The notes beneath the pieces are model-generated. The model saw only the letters and a list, made by a program, of their open reading frames with translations, did no database searches and was not told where the DNA came from. The translations under genes and the position numbers were made by a program. Source: Limisphaerales bacterium (GTDB lineage Bacteria; Verrucomicrobiota; Verrucomicrobiia; Limisphaerales; SIBE01). From it: a DNA stretch of 64,000 bases. The number at the start of each line of letters is the position of its first letter. Positions within the stretch are counted from its first letter, which is position 1. The DNA lies in the NCBI GenBank assembly GCA_044225505.1, contig JBGAIN010000019.1, positions 1-64,000 on the forward strand. The letters run 5' to 3'. Below, piece after piece: positions 9,903 through 20,058 of this stretch.

Positions 9903-10658
9903 CTAGTCCTTCAGCTCTTTGATGAAGATGTTCTTGAACTGAAGCAAACTCGGCGGACCGGACCATTGACCATTCTGCTTGCCGCCATGATGCTGCAACG
10001 CGATGCGTCCCTTGGCCGGCAATTGCGGAATTTCAGCTCCGGGCAACACGGTCTTCCCATTGAGAACAACCTGCACGGTGTTCCCTCGAACTGTAATTTC
10101 GAACGTATTCCATTCGCCAACCGGTTTGTCCGCTTGGGTCCGCGGCGTGACCGCAGCCCGTAACGCCGGTGCCGTCGCCGGGTCCGTGCGAATGCCATAC
10201 ATCTCTCCCGAACCGATCGGCCAGCACCAGATATTCACCTGGTACCGCCCCTCACCTCGGAGGAAAATCCCCGAATCGGAATCGGGTAAAGCCAACTTCA
10301 TTTCTTTGCCATGGACGTCGCGCGCGTGGGTTCCATCCGGAAGGATGTAGGGAACGTTTCGATTGATATAAGGCGTCTCTTTGATGCGCCAATCGACACG
10401 CAGCACGAAATTCCCATATTCTCGGGTACTCCAAAGCGATTTGTCGCCAGTGGCTTCGCTCTGAGCATCGTAGTCAATGACACCGCCCGTCACCTTCCAA
10501 TGACCGTTATCGCCCGTTGGCACTGTCCAATTGCTAAGATCGGTCCCGTTAAAGACAGCTGTGAATCCCGGCGGCGCGACGTTGTCCGCTGCCGAAGCCA
10601 GAAAAGGTGTGCCACTGAGAACCGACAGGAGAGCAAGCGAGTGCAAGGTGAGTTTCAT
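9903..10658 (-). CDS. DUF1080 (3-keto-disaccharide hydrolase-like) exported protein
   Basis: Signal peptide MKLTLHSL; FNGTDLSNW, DSGIFLR, GEWN, GRIALQHHG, FKNIFIKEL. Confidence 0.88.
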   Translation of the reverse strand: MKLTLHSLALLSVLSGTPFLASAADNVAPPGFTAVFNGTDLSNWTVPTGDNGHWKVTGGVIDYDAQSEATGDKSLWSTREYGNFVLRVDWRIKETPYINRNVPYILPDGTHARDVHGKEMKLALPDSDSGIFLRGEGRYQVNIWCWPIGSGEMYGIRTDPATAPALRAAVTPRTQADKPVGEWNTFEITVRGNTVQVVLNGKTVLPGAEIPQLPAKGRIALQHHGGKQNGQWSGPPSLLQFKNIFIKELKD

Positions 10659-10802
10659 CGCTGGGCAGAGTAAATGGTTGAATTGTTGCGGTTGCATCGT
10701 CGACAACTGCAGTGAATCCCATGGAGATAGCGCCTTCCCGTCAAGCTGGCGAGCAGATTCCCGCGCTACGTAACAAGGCAAGAAGTACTCTCCCCTCGAT
10801 CG

Positions 10803-11342
10803 CTACTTCGCCGGAAGAAAATTCTCCGTCAACGACTGGAATGCGAATCGGGCATCTTGGACTACCGCTTTCATTTCTGATTCGAGCGGTTCGTCCAACC
10901 TCTCGGATAACGCGACGAGCATCGGCGCCGGACTCGATGGATCAACTAGGGAAGAAGCGGAGCTCTCAACCTCGGTAGAAACGTGGGCTTGCGGCAACGG
11001 ACGGGGCCTCTCGGATTTCCAAACGACCAACGCCAACACGGCGGCCAGGCCAAGGGCTGGAGCCCAAAATTGCCTGAATGAAAACGCCACCTCCACGGGG
11101 CGACGCGCTTCGCGGGAACGATCAGGCAAGGCCGCGATAATCCGATTATGCAACAACGGTGGGAACTCGATCACCTCACTCTGCGCGACATCGCGCAATT
11201 CTCGAGCAAGCTTCAAATGGGTCTGCCGGAATTGGTGACACTCCCCGCAAGCCGAGAGATGCCGATCGACCCAGCGAGGCAACGGATCAGAAGTATCCAC
11301 CGATTCCGCAATGATTCGTCGAGTAAGCCAGCAAAGTTTCAT
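10803..11342 (-). CDS. Putative zinc-finger (ZAS) transmembrane anti-sigma factor
   Basis: HLSACGEC (HxxxCxxC) plus one TM helix, directly downstream of the ECF sigma gene. Confidence 0.75.
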   Translation of the reverse strand: MKLCWLTRRIIAESVDTSDPLPRWVDRHLSACGECHQFRQTHLKLARELRDVAQSEVIEFPPLLHNRIIAALPDRSREARRPVEVAFSFRQFWAPALGLAAVLALVVWKSERPRPLPQAHVSTEVESSASSLVDPSSPAPMLVALSERLDEPLESEMKAVVQDARFAFQSLTENFLPAK

Positions 11343-11353
11343 GGGTTCTGGAG

Positions 11354-11986
11354 TTAAAGTTTATCCCTTAAAGGATCTGTCCGGCGCCTTAACTTCTTGG
11401 CCAGTGCCGCCCGTGCCCGGTGCAAAAGCACGCGCACCGCCAGAGAGTTACTCTTCCGCACGCGACAGATTTCAGCAATCGAAAATCCTTCGCCATACCG
11501 CAGCCAGAGAGCTTCAAACTGATCCGGTTTCAATGACCGGGCCAGATTCCATAAGCCAGACTTGGAATCTTCACGTTCCATCGCCTCGCTCGGATCTTCT
11601 CCCGCCGCCTCCAAGTGCGGTCCAAGCTCATCGGTCGGACGCGTGTCGCGGATATGATTCAGAGCGGTCCGTTTTGCGATGGTAAAGAGCCAGGCACGAA
11701 ATGCGCGCGTGGATTGGTAACGGTGAATGTTCTGATAAGCCTTGAGAAACGTGACTTGAGTGAGGTCTTCGGCGTCATGCAAATTGCGCGTCAGCTGAAA
11801 AAGGTAATTGAAGATCCGTTTCTCAAAGTGGGTGACCAGGGCTTCAAACGACGCGCGGCACCCGTTCCGCGAACGGTCCGCGAGTTCCTCGATCTCCTGG
11901 TCCAATCGAACCTCTACCATGGGCGTCGCCTCAGTGGGTTCCACTGAGGCTAACGGACTTTCTAGGCTAAGGACAGGCGTCATCAC
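11354..11986 (-). CDS. ECF-subfamily RNA polymerase sigma factor
   Basis: DAEDLTQVTFLKAY, FRAWLFTIA (region 2); LRYGEGFSIAEI...VRVLLHRARAAL (region 4). Confidence 0.92.
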   Translation of the reverse strand: MMTPVLSLESPLASVEPTEATPMVEVRLDQEIEELADRSRNGCRASFEALVTHFEKRIFNYLFQLTRNLHDAEDLTQVTFLKAYQNIHRYQSTRAFRAWLFTIAKRTALNHIRDTRPTDELGPHLEAAGEDPSEAMEREDSKSGLWNLARSLKPDQFEALWLRYGEGFSIAEICRVRKSNSLAVRVLLHRARAALAKKLRRRTDPLRDKL

Positions 11987-13086
11987 TTGGAAGGCTCAGC
12001 CGGAGCCGGAGCCGCGGAAACCTCCGCTTCCGGCTTGGGTGCATCCGGTTTCGCCGGCTCGGCTTGCGGCGCCTCGGGCTTTTCCGGATCCACTTCCGGT
12101 TTGGGCTGCTTGAGTTTCTTGTTCTTGCTCTTCACCTTCTGCTTGGGCGCCTTTTCTTGGGGCGGTTTCGGCGCCATGAGATCGTTCATCTTGGCAATCA
12201 CCTTGGCTGCCGGGTACTGCACTTGGATGGAGACCACTTGGTCGACCGAAGAGACCTTCGTCGATTTGGCCAGATCCATAAGCTCAGGTATCTCCGGCTG
12301 TCCCAGCGTGACGAGCGCGAGCATTCCTTCAAACACCTGTTGGATCTGCCGAGTCACCTCCGCGGTCTTCCCTCGCAGTGCGAGCTGCAGAAACATATCC
12401 TGATCTCGTTCTCCGAGGGCAATTTGTCCGCCGTCAGCCATCTGTAGGACTTTAGCTTTCGCTTGAAAAGGATTCGGCACGTTTAATGTGTCGGCAATTC
12501 CCAAAAAGACAAAGCTATTGGAAAGGGAAGGAAACTCGCTGAAGGTTTTGGTGGACGCCAAGCTGGGGCTCTTCCCACTCAATAAATCCCGCGCCACCTC
12601 TACCTCCGCTTGAGACTTGCTAATGACGACGGTGCCACCTTTCAGCGGCGAAAGGAACACCTGGTTGGCCAGAGAGTACATCGCCTGATCAGCCTCCAGC
12701 TTCTTTACCGGCCCGTTCGTGTCAGCGAGTATTTGCGCAACAAGCACGCCTTCCAGCGCTTTTTGAGTCTCATCATCGCTACTAATAAGCAATACTCCGC
12801 TCGCATTCACTCCTTTGGTAAAATCTGCGCCATAAGCAGTCAGCGATGTGACCCGCTGCAGTATATTGGAAGCATTGATCTTCAATTCGCCGGACGCTTC
12901 GTTCACCTTAGGCAACACAAACCGATTGAGCAGGAAATCGCCGATTTCCGTCTTGCGGAGCGCATCCATGTCGAGATGGACGAGCCATTTGGCATCGGCC
13001 GCTACATGTTCCTTCTTGAGGCCTTCGGCCCGGGCCACCAAGGCGGCCCCTAAGAGTATTGCACAGTAAAAAATCCGTTGTTTCAT
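11983..13086 (-). CDS. Exported hypothetical protein with Lys/Pro/Glu-rich tail
   Basis: 367-aa ORF with Sec signal peptide; stop overlaps the sigma start codon. Confidence 0.75.
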   Translation of the reverse strand: MKQRIFYCAILLGAALVARAEGLKKEHVAADAKWLVHLDMDALRKTEIGDFLLNRFVLPKVNEASGELKINASNILQRVTSLTAYGADFTKGVNASGVLLISSDDETQKALEGVLVAQILADTNGPVKKLEADQAMYSLANQVFLSPLKGGTVVISKSQAEVEVARDLLSGKSPSLASTKTFSEFPSLSNSFVFLGIADTLNVPNPFQAKAKVLQMADGGQIALGERDQDMFLQLALRGKTAEVTRQIQQVFEGMLALVTLGQPEIPELMDLAKSTKVSSVDQVVSIQVQYPAAKVIAKMNDLMAPKPPQEKAPKQKVKSKNKKLKQPKPEVDPEKPEAPQAEPAKPDAPKPEAEVSAAPAPAEPSK

Positions 13087-13164
13087 AGCTAAGTTTGGCT
13101 GATTGAGATCTTGTCGCTTCGCTTGGGTTCCACGAACCGACCGATCCCGTTTTCTACATCTAAA

Positions 13165-13190
13165 TCACGGCAACGCTCCGATTTGTTACA
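13165..13190 (-). promoter_or_regulatory. Possible ECF-sigma promoter
   Basis: Minus strand TGTAAC-N15-CGTGA about 80 bp upstream of the ECF operon; resembles the AAC/CGT ECF consensus, but the spacer is slightly short. Confidence 0.3.
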
Positions 13191-13411
13191 ATGTTCTTTG
13201 GGAGGCGTGACAAGCCGCGACTTCCAGGGAGCGTCGCGTGGGTATGCAGTTGGCAAACTGGCCCAACGTCGAGTGAGAGCAAATTGCTCTCACTGGGCGA
13301 ACTCGGGCGTCGAGACACCTCAGAGACATGTAGCCCCCTGGCGTCCAGACACCTAGGGATTCATAAATTGCGACCTGGTTCACCGCACAGCACCTGAGGC
13401 TGAGCCGGGGA

Positions 13412-16400
13412 CTACATGGCCTGCCGCAGAGCGTGCAACTGCGCATCCAATCGCTTCGCCGAGACTGGCTGGGCTGTCCCTAGCTCTTGTGCAAACACGG
13501 AAACCTTGAATTCTTCCACCAGAATCCGGAAGTCCTCCAGAGCGCTTCGGGCGGCGATCGGCAGCGACTCGGCGCCAGAGAATTGCCGTAAGGCATCAAG
13601 ATAAGGTTGGACGAGCTTCGCTTTCTCTGCGTCCTTACCCGGGTTCAAGAGGGCTCGGTCGGCGCGGACCAGGAGAGCTTTGAGGTAGCGCGGCCAATGG
13701 GGCAGCCGTTCAAACGCGATAACCGCCAAAAAATTGGCCGGCAATAACCAGTCCAGTTCGGCTCGAAGAAAATTCAATCCCTTTGATGGTGCGGGCTTTT
13801 GAGGAGCGCCCAACTGCTTCAAGTCGGTAACCACGCCTGGACGTAGGGCCACAACCGCGGCTGGGTAACCGCGGTGCCGAATTATGTCAGCGCGCAGGCG
13901 CAGAATTGGCGTCACCAAATCCATGAGCTTCGGAACAAGGCCGGGGATCAAGCCTCGGGCTCTCTGCACGGTGGCCTCGAATTGGCTCTGGCGCAGCGGC
14001 AACAGATCTGGCGGTAGTAAAATCAAGTATCCTCGAATATGGACCGAAGCGGACGTGATCAACGATTCTGAATTCGTAAATCCAACGAGCAAGTCTCGGA
14101 GCTTGTCGAGCGCGCCCAGGTCTTTCTCAACCCAGGCTAGCTCTTTGCGGAGGGCCAATTCCGCCAAGCGCGTGAAGCCAAGTCGAGTCGCTGCCGCCGC
14201 TTTGAGCGGGTCACGAAACAACTTGAGGTGCACGGCTGATCCTTCCTGTTCCAACCCTGGAAACGCTGCCAGGATGGCTCCCGCAACTTCGGAAACGACG
14301 AGGCGTGCGGGCGGATCTCCGAAACTCCAGCCTTGCAGGTCATACCGTTCCCACTGCTCGACCGCTCGATTCCAGGCTAGCTGTTCTCCGGGGGTTTGAT
14401 GAGTCGCAAGCCCCTGCTTCAAGTCCTTCAGATTCCGGCCGACAGCGAGGACTTTGTTGTTCGGACCTGTAATCTCAATCCGCGGGCGTAAATGCTGGGG
14501 TAAGGTATCAGGGCTCCATGCGTCTTCCGGAATGCTCACGCCATATTTCTCTCGCACCAAACCGCGCAGCCCGTCCAAGCCAGCGTCGCTCGCGACGAGC
14601 GTGGCAAGCTCCTGGACCTTCGGTGCAATCGGCATGAGCGGAACGCGCAACGACTTGGGCAACGCCTTCAAAAGGAACTCGATCTGTTCCGCACGCAGGC
14701 CCGGTACGACCCAGTCGAGCACCTTCGGATCTAACCGCACTGCGAGCGAGGCCGGCACCTTCACGGTCACACCGTCGTGATCCTCACCTGGAGCATAGGC
14801 ATAGTCCAGGGCGGCACGCTGCTCGGACAAAGTGACTTCGGTAGGAAATGCTTCCGTATCCCAACGAATCGCGATGCCTCCCGTCAATTCTAGCTCCTTG
14901 GCGCAGAGAAAATCGGGTGCACCTTTGATCCGCTCGCGAACGAATCGATTCAGGTCGTGCACCGAGGAAACGTTTTCCAAATGCCGGGCGTAGAATTCAA
15001 ACAACGCATCATCAACACTGGGAAGCCGGTGGTTACGATGTTGGGTGCGCCAGACCTCGATCCTCTGCCGAAGCTTGCGATTCGCTTCTAGAAAATGATG
15101 CGGAGAATCCAGCTCTTCCTCGATCAGTGCGGCGCGAATAAATAAATCGGTGGCGTGACGCGGATGGATCCGTCCATAGTCTACGGCCCGTTCCAACACT
15201 TCCAAACCAAAGAGAGTCACGCGCTCGCGAGACAATACCCGGCCGGTTTGCCGGTCCCAGAACGGTTCGCCATAGCTCCGCTTACAAACGTGCACCCCCA
15301 AATCGGCAATCCAATCTGCCGTCACCTCCGCCACCGTCCGGCCGTAAAGCCTCGAGGTCTCCACGATCTCGCCGGCCACCACCCAAGCGGGCTGCCCGCT
15401 CGCCCCGGCACCGGATGCCCCGCCTGGAACTCCGGAACCTTTTGATTTTCCCATGTTCACGTTGCGAGCGAACAATCCTGAACCTGGCCAAAGCATCAAC
15501 TGCCGATTTCCGGATGCGCGATAAAGGTTCCTTTCGATCCGTTGCGCGACATGACCGAGCAACCCCGCCAACACCGACCGATGAATAGCGGCGAATCGCG
15601 GATGGGACAGTGCGGTTTGCGGGCGCGCTGTGGGGCGGCGCTCCGACGCGCCCGCCGGGACTTCAGCGGGTTTCACCGCTTGCGCTGACATCTGGGACAG
15701 TGCCACGGATTGCGGAGGAGAGTCCGATCGATGTCGACCGCTGGACTCGAGCTCTCGCAGCGATTGCACGGCATCCTCCAATTGCGCGTGGACGTCGACC
15801 CATTCGCGCATGCGCAAGTAGGAAAGGAAATTGGCTTTGCAAAACTTGCGCATCTGTCCCTGCTTCTTCAAGGCCTCGAACTGCGCGTCGTAGGCGTTCC
15901 AAATGTTCAGCAACGTCAAGAAGTCAGAAGCGGGGTTGATAAACCGGCGATGCGCCAGGTCCGCCGCTTCTTGTCTGTCCATGGGGCGCTCTCTTGGATC
16001 CTGAATGCTCAGACCCGCCGCAATCACCAGGACTTCTGAGAGGGCACCTTCCCGGATGGACTGCAGAATCATCCGGCCAATGGAAGGGTCTACAGGCAAT
16101 CGGGCGAGGTCGCGGCCGAGGGGGGTCAGAGCCCGCTCCGAGTCCAAAGCGCCTAGCTCCTGGAGCAGCTGATAGCCACTCTGCACGGCTTGCGGCTGCG
16201 GAGGATTAACGAAGGGGAACGTCTCCATCTCCCCTAAGCGCCACGCCTTCATCTTGAGGATGACCTCCGCAAGATTCGCTCGTTGGATCTCCGGTTGCGT
16301 GTCTCTCGGGCGATTCGCAAAGTCTTCTTCAGTGTAAAGCCGAATACACACCCCATTCTCCACGCGGCCGCTTCGGCCGGCACGCTGGCGAGCGCTGCTT

Positions 16401-17569
16401 TGAGAGACCGGCTCGATCGGCAACCGCTTGGTTCGGGTGCGGGGGCTGTAGCGGCTCACCCGCGCTAACCCCGGATCAACGACGTAGCGAACGCCAGGAA
16501 TCGTCAACGACGTTTCCGCTATGTTCGTGGCGACTATAATCTTGCGCCGGACACTCGGTGCAAAGACCCGGTCCTGCTCACCGGCACTGAGCCGACCGAA
16601 GAGCGGGATGATCTCGGCCTCGCCTCCATAGCGCCCCTGAAGGTCGTCTTGCGTTTCCCGGATATCCCGCTCGCTCGGCATAAAGATGAGCACGTCCCCT
16701 CGGTCGGATTCGAGCAATACATCCTCCGTGGCGGCGACCGCGGCATCAATGTAAGTCATCTCTCCATCCTCTTCCGCGGCCAAATCGTGCGGCCGATATC
16801 GCACCTCGACCGGGTATGTCCGCCCGGACACCTCCAAGATCGGTGCGTTATCAAAGGCTTTTGAGAACGCTTCGGTATCGATCGTCGCGCTGGTAATGAC
16901 AATCTTGAGATCCGATCGCCTTTGCCGCAGCAGCGTCAAGTGGCCCAGAAGGAAATCAATATTCAGGCTACGTTCGTGCGCTTCGTCAATCACGATGGCG
17001 TCATATTCGTCGAGGTCCCGGTCGCCCTGAGTTTCTGCCAGCAAAATTCCATCCGTCATCAGCTTGATGTACGTCGCTGGACTCGACTTGTCGGTAAACC
17101 GAATCTTGCAGCCCACTTCCTCCCCCCACGTGACGCCAAGTTCACTCGCGATACGCCTGGAGATCGAAAGTGCCGCCACGCGACGCGGTTGAGTACACCC
17201 GATCTTTCCTTCCACGCCACACCCCGCTTCCAAGCACATCTTCGGGATCTGAGTCGTTTTGCCGGAGCCGGTCTCACCCGCTATCACGACGACCTGATGC
17301 GCCCGAATCGCCGCCACGATCTCTTCCTTGCGACTGGAAATAGGCAAATTGGAGGGATAAGAAACCTGGGGCAAGCGTTCGTGGCGCTGATGTCGGAGCC
17401 CGACCGAGCGTTTCGCCTCTGCCAGCCAATGAGCAATGCGGCTCTCTGAAGGAGAACTGGAAGATTCGCGCAGAGTCCGCGTGAGATGTCCAGTCAGTCG
17501 CAGTCGATCCTGGCGCAGACAATTCGGCAGTAACTGCGTCAACTCATGCAGGGCACCCGCGGGATTCAT
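13412..17569 (-). CDS. hrpA: ATP-dependent RNA helicase HrpA
   Basis: GETGSGKTTQ, TQPRRVAA, DEAHERS, SAT, TNIAETSLT, QRAGRSGR; C-terminal EEFKVSVFAQELGT...VSAKRL. Confidence 0.95.
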   Translation of the reverse strand: MNPAGALHELTQLLPNCLRQDRLRLTGHLTRTLRESSSSPSESRIAHWLAEAKRSVGLRHQRHERLPQVSYPSNLPISSRKEEIVAAIRAHQVVVIAGETGSGKTTQIPKMCLEAGCGVEGKIGCTQPRRVAALSISRRIASELGVTWGEEVGCKIRFTDKSSPATYIKLMTDGILLAETQGDRDLDEYDAIVIDEAHERSLNIDFLLGHLTLLRQRRSDLKIVITSATIDTEAFSKAFDNAPILEVSGRTYPVEVRYRPHDLAAEEDGEMTYIDAAVAATEDVLLESDRGDVLIFMPSERDIRETQDDLQGRYGGEAEIIPLFGRLSAGEQDRVFAPSVRRKIIVATNIAETSLTIPGVRYVVDPGLARVSRYSPRTRTKRLPIEPVSQSSARQRAGRSGRVENGVCIRLYTEEDFANRPRDTQPEIQRANLAEVILKMKAWRLGEMETFPFVNPPQPQAVQSGYQLLQELGALDSERALTPLGRDLARLPVDPSIGRMILQSIREGALSEVLVIAAGLSIQDPRERPMDRQEAADLAHRRFINPASDFLTLLNIWNAYDAQFEALKKQGQMRKFCKANFLSYLRMREWVDVHAQLEDAVQSLRELESSGRHRSDSPPQSVALSQMSAQAVKPAEVPAGASERRPTARPQTALSHPRFAAIHRSVLAGLLGHVAQRIERNLYRASGNRQLMLWPGSGLFARNVNMGKSKGSGVPGGASGAGASGQPAWVVAGEIVETSRLYGRTVAEVTADWIADLGVHVCKRSYGEPFWDRQTGRVLSRERVTLFGLEVLERAVDYGRIHPRHATDLFIRAALIEEELDSPHHFLEANRKLRQRIEVWRTQHRNHRLPSVDDALFEFYARHLENVSSVHDLNRFVRERIKGAPDFLCAKELELTGGIAIRWDTEAFPTEVTLSEQRAALDYAYAPGEDHDGVTVKVPASLAVRLDPKVLDWVVPGLRAEQIEFLLKALPKSLRVPLMPIAPKVQELATLVASDAGLDGLRGLVREKYGVSIPEDAWSPDTLPQHLRPRIEITGPNNKVLAVGRNLKDLKQGLATHQTPGEQLAWNRAVEQWERYDLQGWSFGDPPARLVVSEVAGAILAAFPGLEQEGSAVHLKLFRDPLKAAAATRLGFTRLAELALRKELAWVEKDLGALDKLRDLLVGFTNSESLITSASVHIRGYLILLPPDLLPLRQSQFEATVQRARGLIPGLVPKLMDLVTPILRLRADIIRHRGYPAAVVALRPGVVTDLKQLGAPQKPAPSKGLNFLRAELDWLLPANFLAVIAFERLPHWPRYLKALLVRADRALLNPGKDAEKAKLVQPYLDALRQFSGAESLPIAARSALEDFRILVEEFKVSVFAQELGTAQPVSAKRLDAQLHALRQAM

Positions 17570-17597
17570 AACGTTCGAGCGCGACAGCCTTCCAGGC

Positions 17598-19019
17598 CTA
17601 TTCGCCCGTGCCCTCCTCGACAATACTGTGAATCTGGCCAGACTGCAGTCGAGTCTTAAGGCGCTGCGCAGGGCGCACGTCGTCGGACGATCGAATGACT
17701 TTTCCGGTGGCCGCGTCCAGCGTGATCGAATACCCACGTTCCAACACGTGGAGTGGGGAAAGCAACCGCAACCGTGCATCGGCGCTGACCAAACGTTCAC
17801 GGGCCTGCCGAATCCCCAAACGGACGTAGTCAGCCAAGCGGCGTTGCGCGCGGACGACCGCTTCGCGTCGGCGCGCGATAACCAGCCTCGGTTTCACGCG
17901 AACAAGCCGCTGCGATAGTTCCTGCCAAACCGTGGCATAGAGGCGATGGTGATAGCGTGCGGATCGCAGCCAGGCGGTTTGCAGATCGTCCAAGCGCTGC
18001 CATTGCTCGTGAAGCCACCGCCGTGGATGTTGACGCTGCAGACGCTGGGCCAAATAGGCTAACTGCTCTTGTTGGGCGGCAATCGTCTCGCGAGCGATTT
18101 GCCTCAATCGAAACGCCTTTTGTAGCACAAGGGGCCGGCTCGCAACGTAACCTTCTGTGAGGATCTCTGCCGCCGCGGTGGGTGTCGCTGCGCGCACGTC
18201 GGCAACGAAATCGGTAATCGTAAAGTCAATCTCGTGGCCGACCGCGGAGACCACCGGGATCTGAGAATCAAAAATCGCTCGTGCGACGACTTCTTCATTG
18301 AACGCCCAAAGGTCCTCCAAGCTGCCCCCGCCACGCGTCACTAGCACGACATCGATTTGGCGTCTGACATCCCGCAATTCAGTGCCATGCCATTCGTTGA
18401 GCAGGCGGATCGCGCACGCGACTTCCTCACCCGCACCCTGACCTTGGACTCGGCAACACGCGAGCACTAGTTCCAGACCCGAATAGCGCCGCCGCACCGC
18501 GTGAATCACGTCGCGCAGGGCCGCTCCCGATCGAGAAGTCACAATGCCGATGCGCCGCGGGAAGCGGGGCAAAGGGCGCTTGCGCGCCGGCGCGAAAAGG
18601 CCTTCGGCTTGCAGCTTCTGTTTAAGCTTCTCAAATGCAGCCTGAAGGGCGCCGATCCCTTGCAGTTCTACCACAGTGACAATCAGCTGATATTGACCCC
18701 GCGCTTCATAGACCGTGAGTTCTCCGTACAATGTCACCCCAGCCCCATCCCGGAGAAGATCACGATTAAAGCCGCGCGCCTCACCTCGGAATAGAACACA
18801 GCTAAGCTGCGCGCTCGCATCCTTAATCGTGAAGTAAAGATGCCCCGAACTCTGCAACCGGAGATTGGTGATCTCCCCCGCCACCCAGACACGCCCGACG
18901 TCCCGTTCCAATAGCTTTTTGACTGTCAGCGTCAACTCGCTCACGCTGACGACGCGCCGGGCGGGAGTTGCCTGCTCGAAGAGCTCGCCAAATTCCCATT
19001 GAGACTTTAGTTTGGCCAT
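17598..19019 (-). CDS. xseA: Exodeoxyribonuclease VII large subunit
   Basis: GEITN...SGHLYFTIKD, VTSRSGAALRD, RGGGSLEDLWAFNEE, SAVGHEIDFT, LSPLHVLERGYS. Confidence 0.96.
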   Translation of the reverse strand: MAKLKSQWEFGELFEQATPARRVVSVSELTLTVKKLLERDVGRVWVAGEITNLRLQSSGHLYFTIKDASAQLSCVLFRGEARGFNRDLLRDGAGVTLYGELTVYEARGQYQLIVTVVELQGIGALQAAFEKLKQKLQAEGLFAPARKRPLPRFPRRIGIVTSRSGAALRDVIHAVRRRYSGLELVLACCRVQGQGAGEEVACAIRLLNEWHGTELRDVRRQIDVVLVTRGGGSLEDLWAFNEEVVARAIFDSQIPVVSAVGHEIDFTITDFVADVRAATPTAAAEILTEGYVASRPLVLQKAFRLRQIARETIAAQQEQLAYLAQRLQRQHPRRWLHEQWQRLDDLQTAWLRSARYHHRLYATVWQELSQRLVRVKPRLVIARRREAVVRAQRRLADYVRLGIRQARERLVSADARLRLLSPLHVLERGYSITLDAATGKVIRSSDDVRPAQRLKTRLQSGQIHSIVEEGTGE

Positions 19020-19052
19020 GCCGACCCGCTTGATTTGCTGCGTCACGAACCT

Positions 19053-19892
19053 TTACCGGGCGTCGACGCTTTCCGCGCCGTCCCAATCGAGAACGGCGGA
19101 CGGGTCACGCACCGCGGCCGGGACAGAAACTCGTTCGATGGTTATCGCTTTGCCAGTGTGAGAATCCAGTTCAACAATGGCCCCCTGGAGCAAGACGCGC
19201 CCGGACGCCACCCCGAAACGCTGAGGCAGGTTGGTCATAAACCGTTTGATGATCGGCTCAATCTCGCGCCCAATGACACTTTCATGAGGGCCCGTAAAGC
19301 CAGCATCACAGAGAAAGGCCGTGCCGCCGGGAAAGATCTGTTCATCAGCCGTCTGCACGTGGGTATGTGTGCCAATCACCGCGCTCACTTGGCCATCCAA
19401 AAAGCGGCCCAGCGCGATCTTTTCCGAGGTTGCCTCCGCATGAATATCCACGAAGATTAAGTTCGTGACTTCGCGAAGGCGGCGCACTTCAGCTTGCATG
19501 CACGAAAATGGATTTTCGAGACTCGGCATGAACGTCCGTCCCTGCACGTTCACCACCGCCACCGGTGGCCGGCCATCTGCCTGAAATATCGTACTGCCTT
19601 GGCCAATCGTGTTGACAGGGTAGTTCAACGGCCGAAGCACACGTTTGTCATGCTGCAACAACCCTAACACTTCTTTCTGGTCCCAGACATGATCTCCGGT
19701 CGTGATGACATTTACACCGGCCGCAAATATCTCTGCGGCTGTGGCACTGGTAATCCCAGAGCCGCCCGCGGAATTCTCGCCATTCGCAATGACAAGATCT
19801 AAATTGTGCCGCTTTCTCAAACGTGGCACCAGCTCCTTCACTGCGCGCCGTCCGGGCTGCCCCACGATATCCCCAATGAAAAGAATTCTCAC
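19053..19892 (-). CDS. ymdB: YmdB/TIGR00282 family metallophosphoesterase
   Basis: GDIVGQPGR, NGENSAGG, DIHAEATSEK, GTHTHVQTAD. Confidence 0.92.
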   Translation of the reverse strand: MRILFIGDIVGQPGRRAVKELVPRLRKRHNLDLVIANGENSAGGSGITSATAAEIFAAGVNVITTGDHVWDQKEVLGLLQHDKRVLRPLNYPVNTIGQGSTIFQADGRPPVAVVNVQGRTFMPSLENPFSCMQAEVRRLREVTNLIFVDIHAEATSEKIALGRFLDGQVSAVIGTHTHVQTADEQIFPGGTAFLCDAGFTGPHESVIGREIEPIIKRFMTNLPQRFGVASGRVLLQGAIVELDSHTGKAITIERVSVPAAVRDPSAVLDWDGAESVDAR

Positions 19893-20058
19893 CGGTCCAC
19901 AGTAAACTTAAGAATGCCCGTGGCAAGAGTGTTCGCTGGCGCCCTGGTCCATGCCATCGATGTGCTAGTAGGGTTCTCAGAATGCTCATTCCGCGAACGT
20001 GCCGTGGCTCCAGGAGCGTCCCGTAACCAAATGCCACGAAAGAGCAACCGCAACTTGC

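Noticed and set aside
15380..15760. Low-complexity insertions in HrpA as possible intein or extra domain
   Set aside because: Short Gly/Ser/Pro/Ala linkers with no intein motifs
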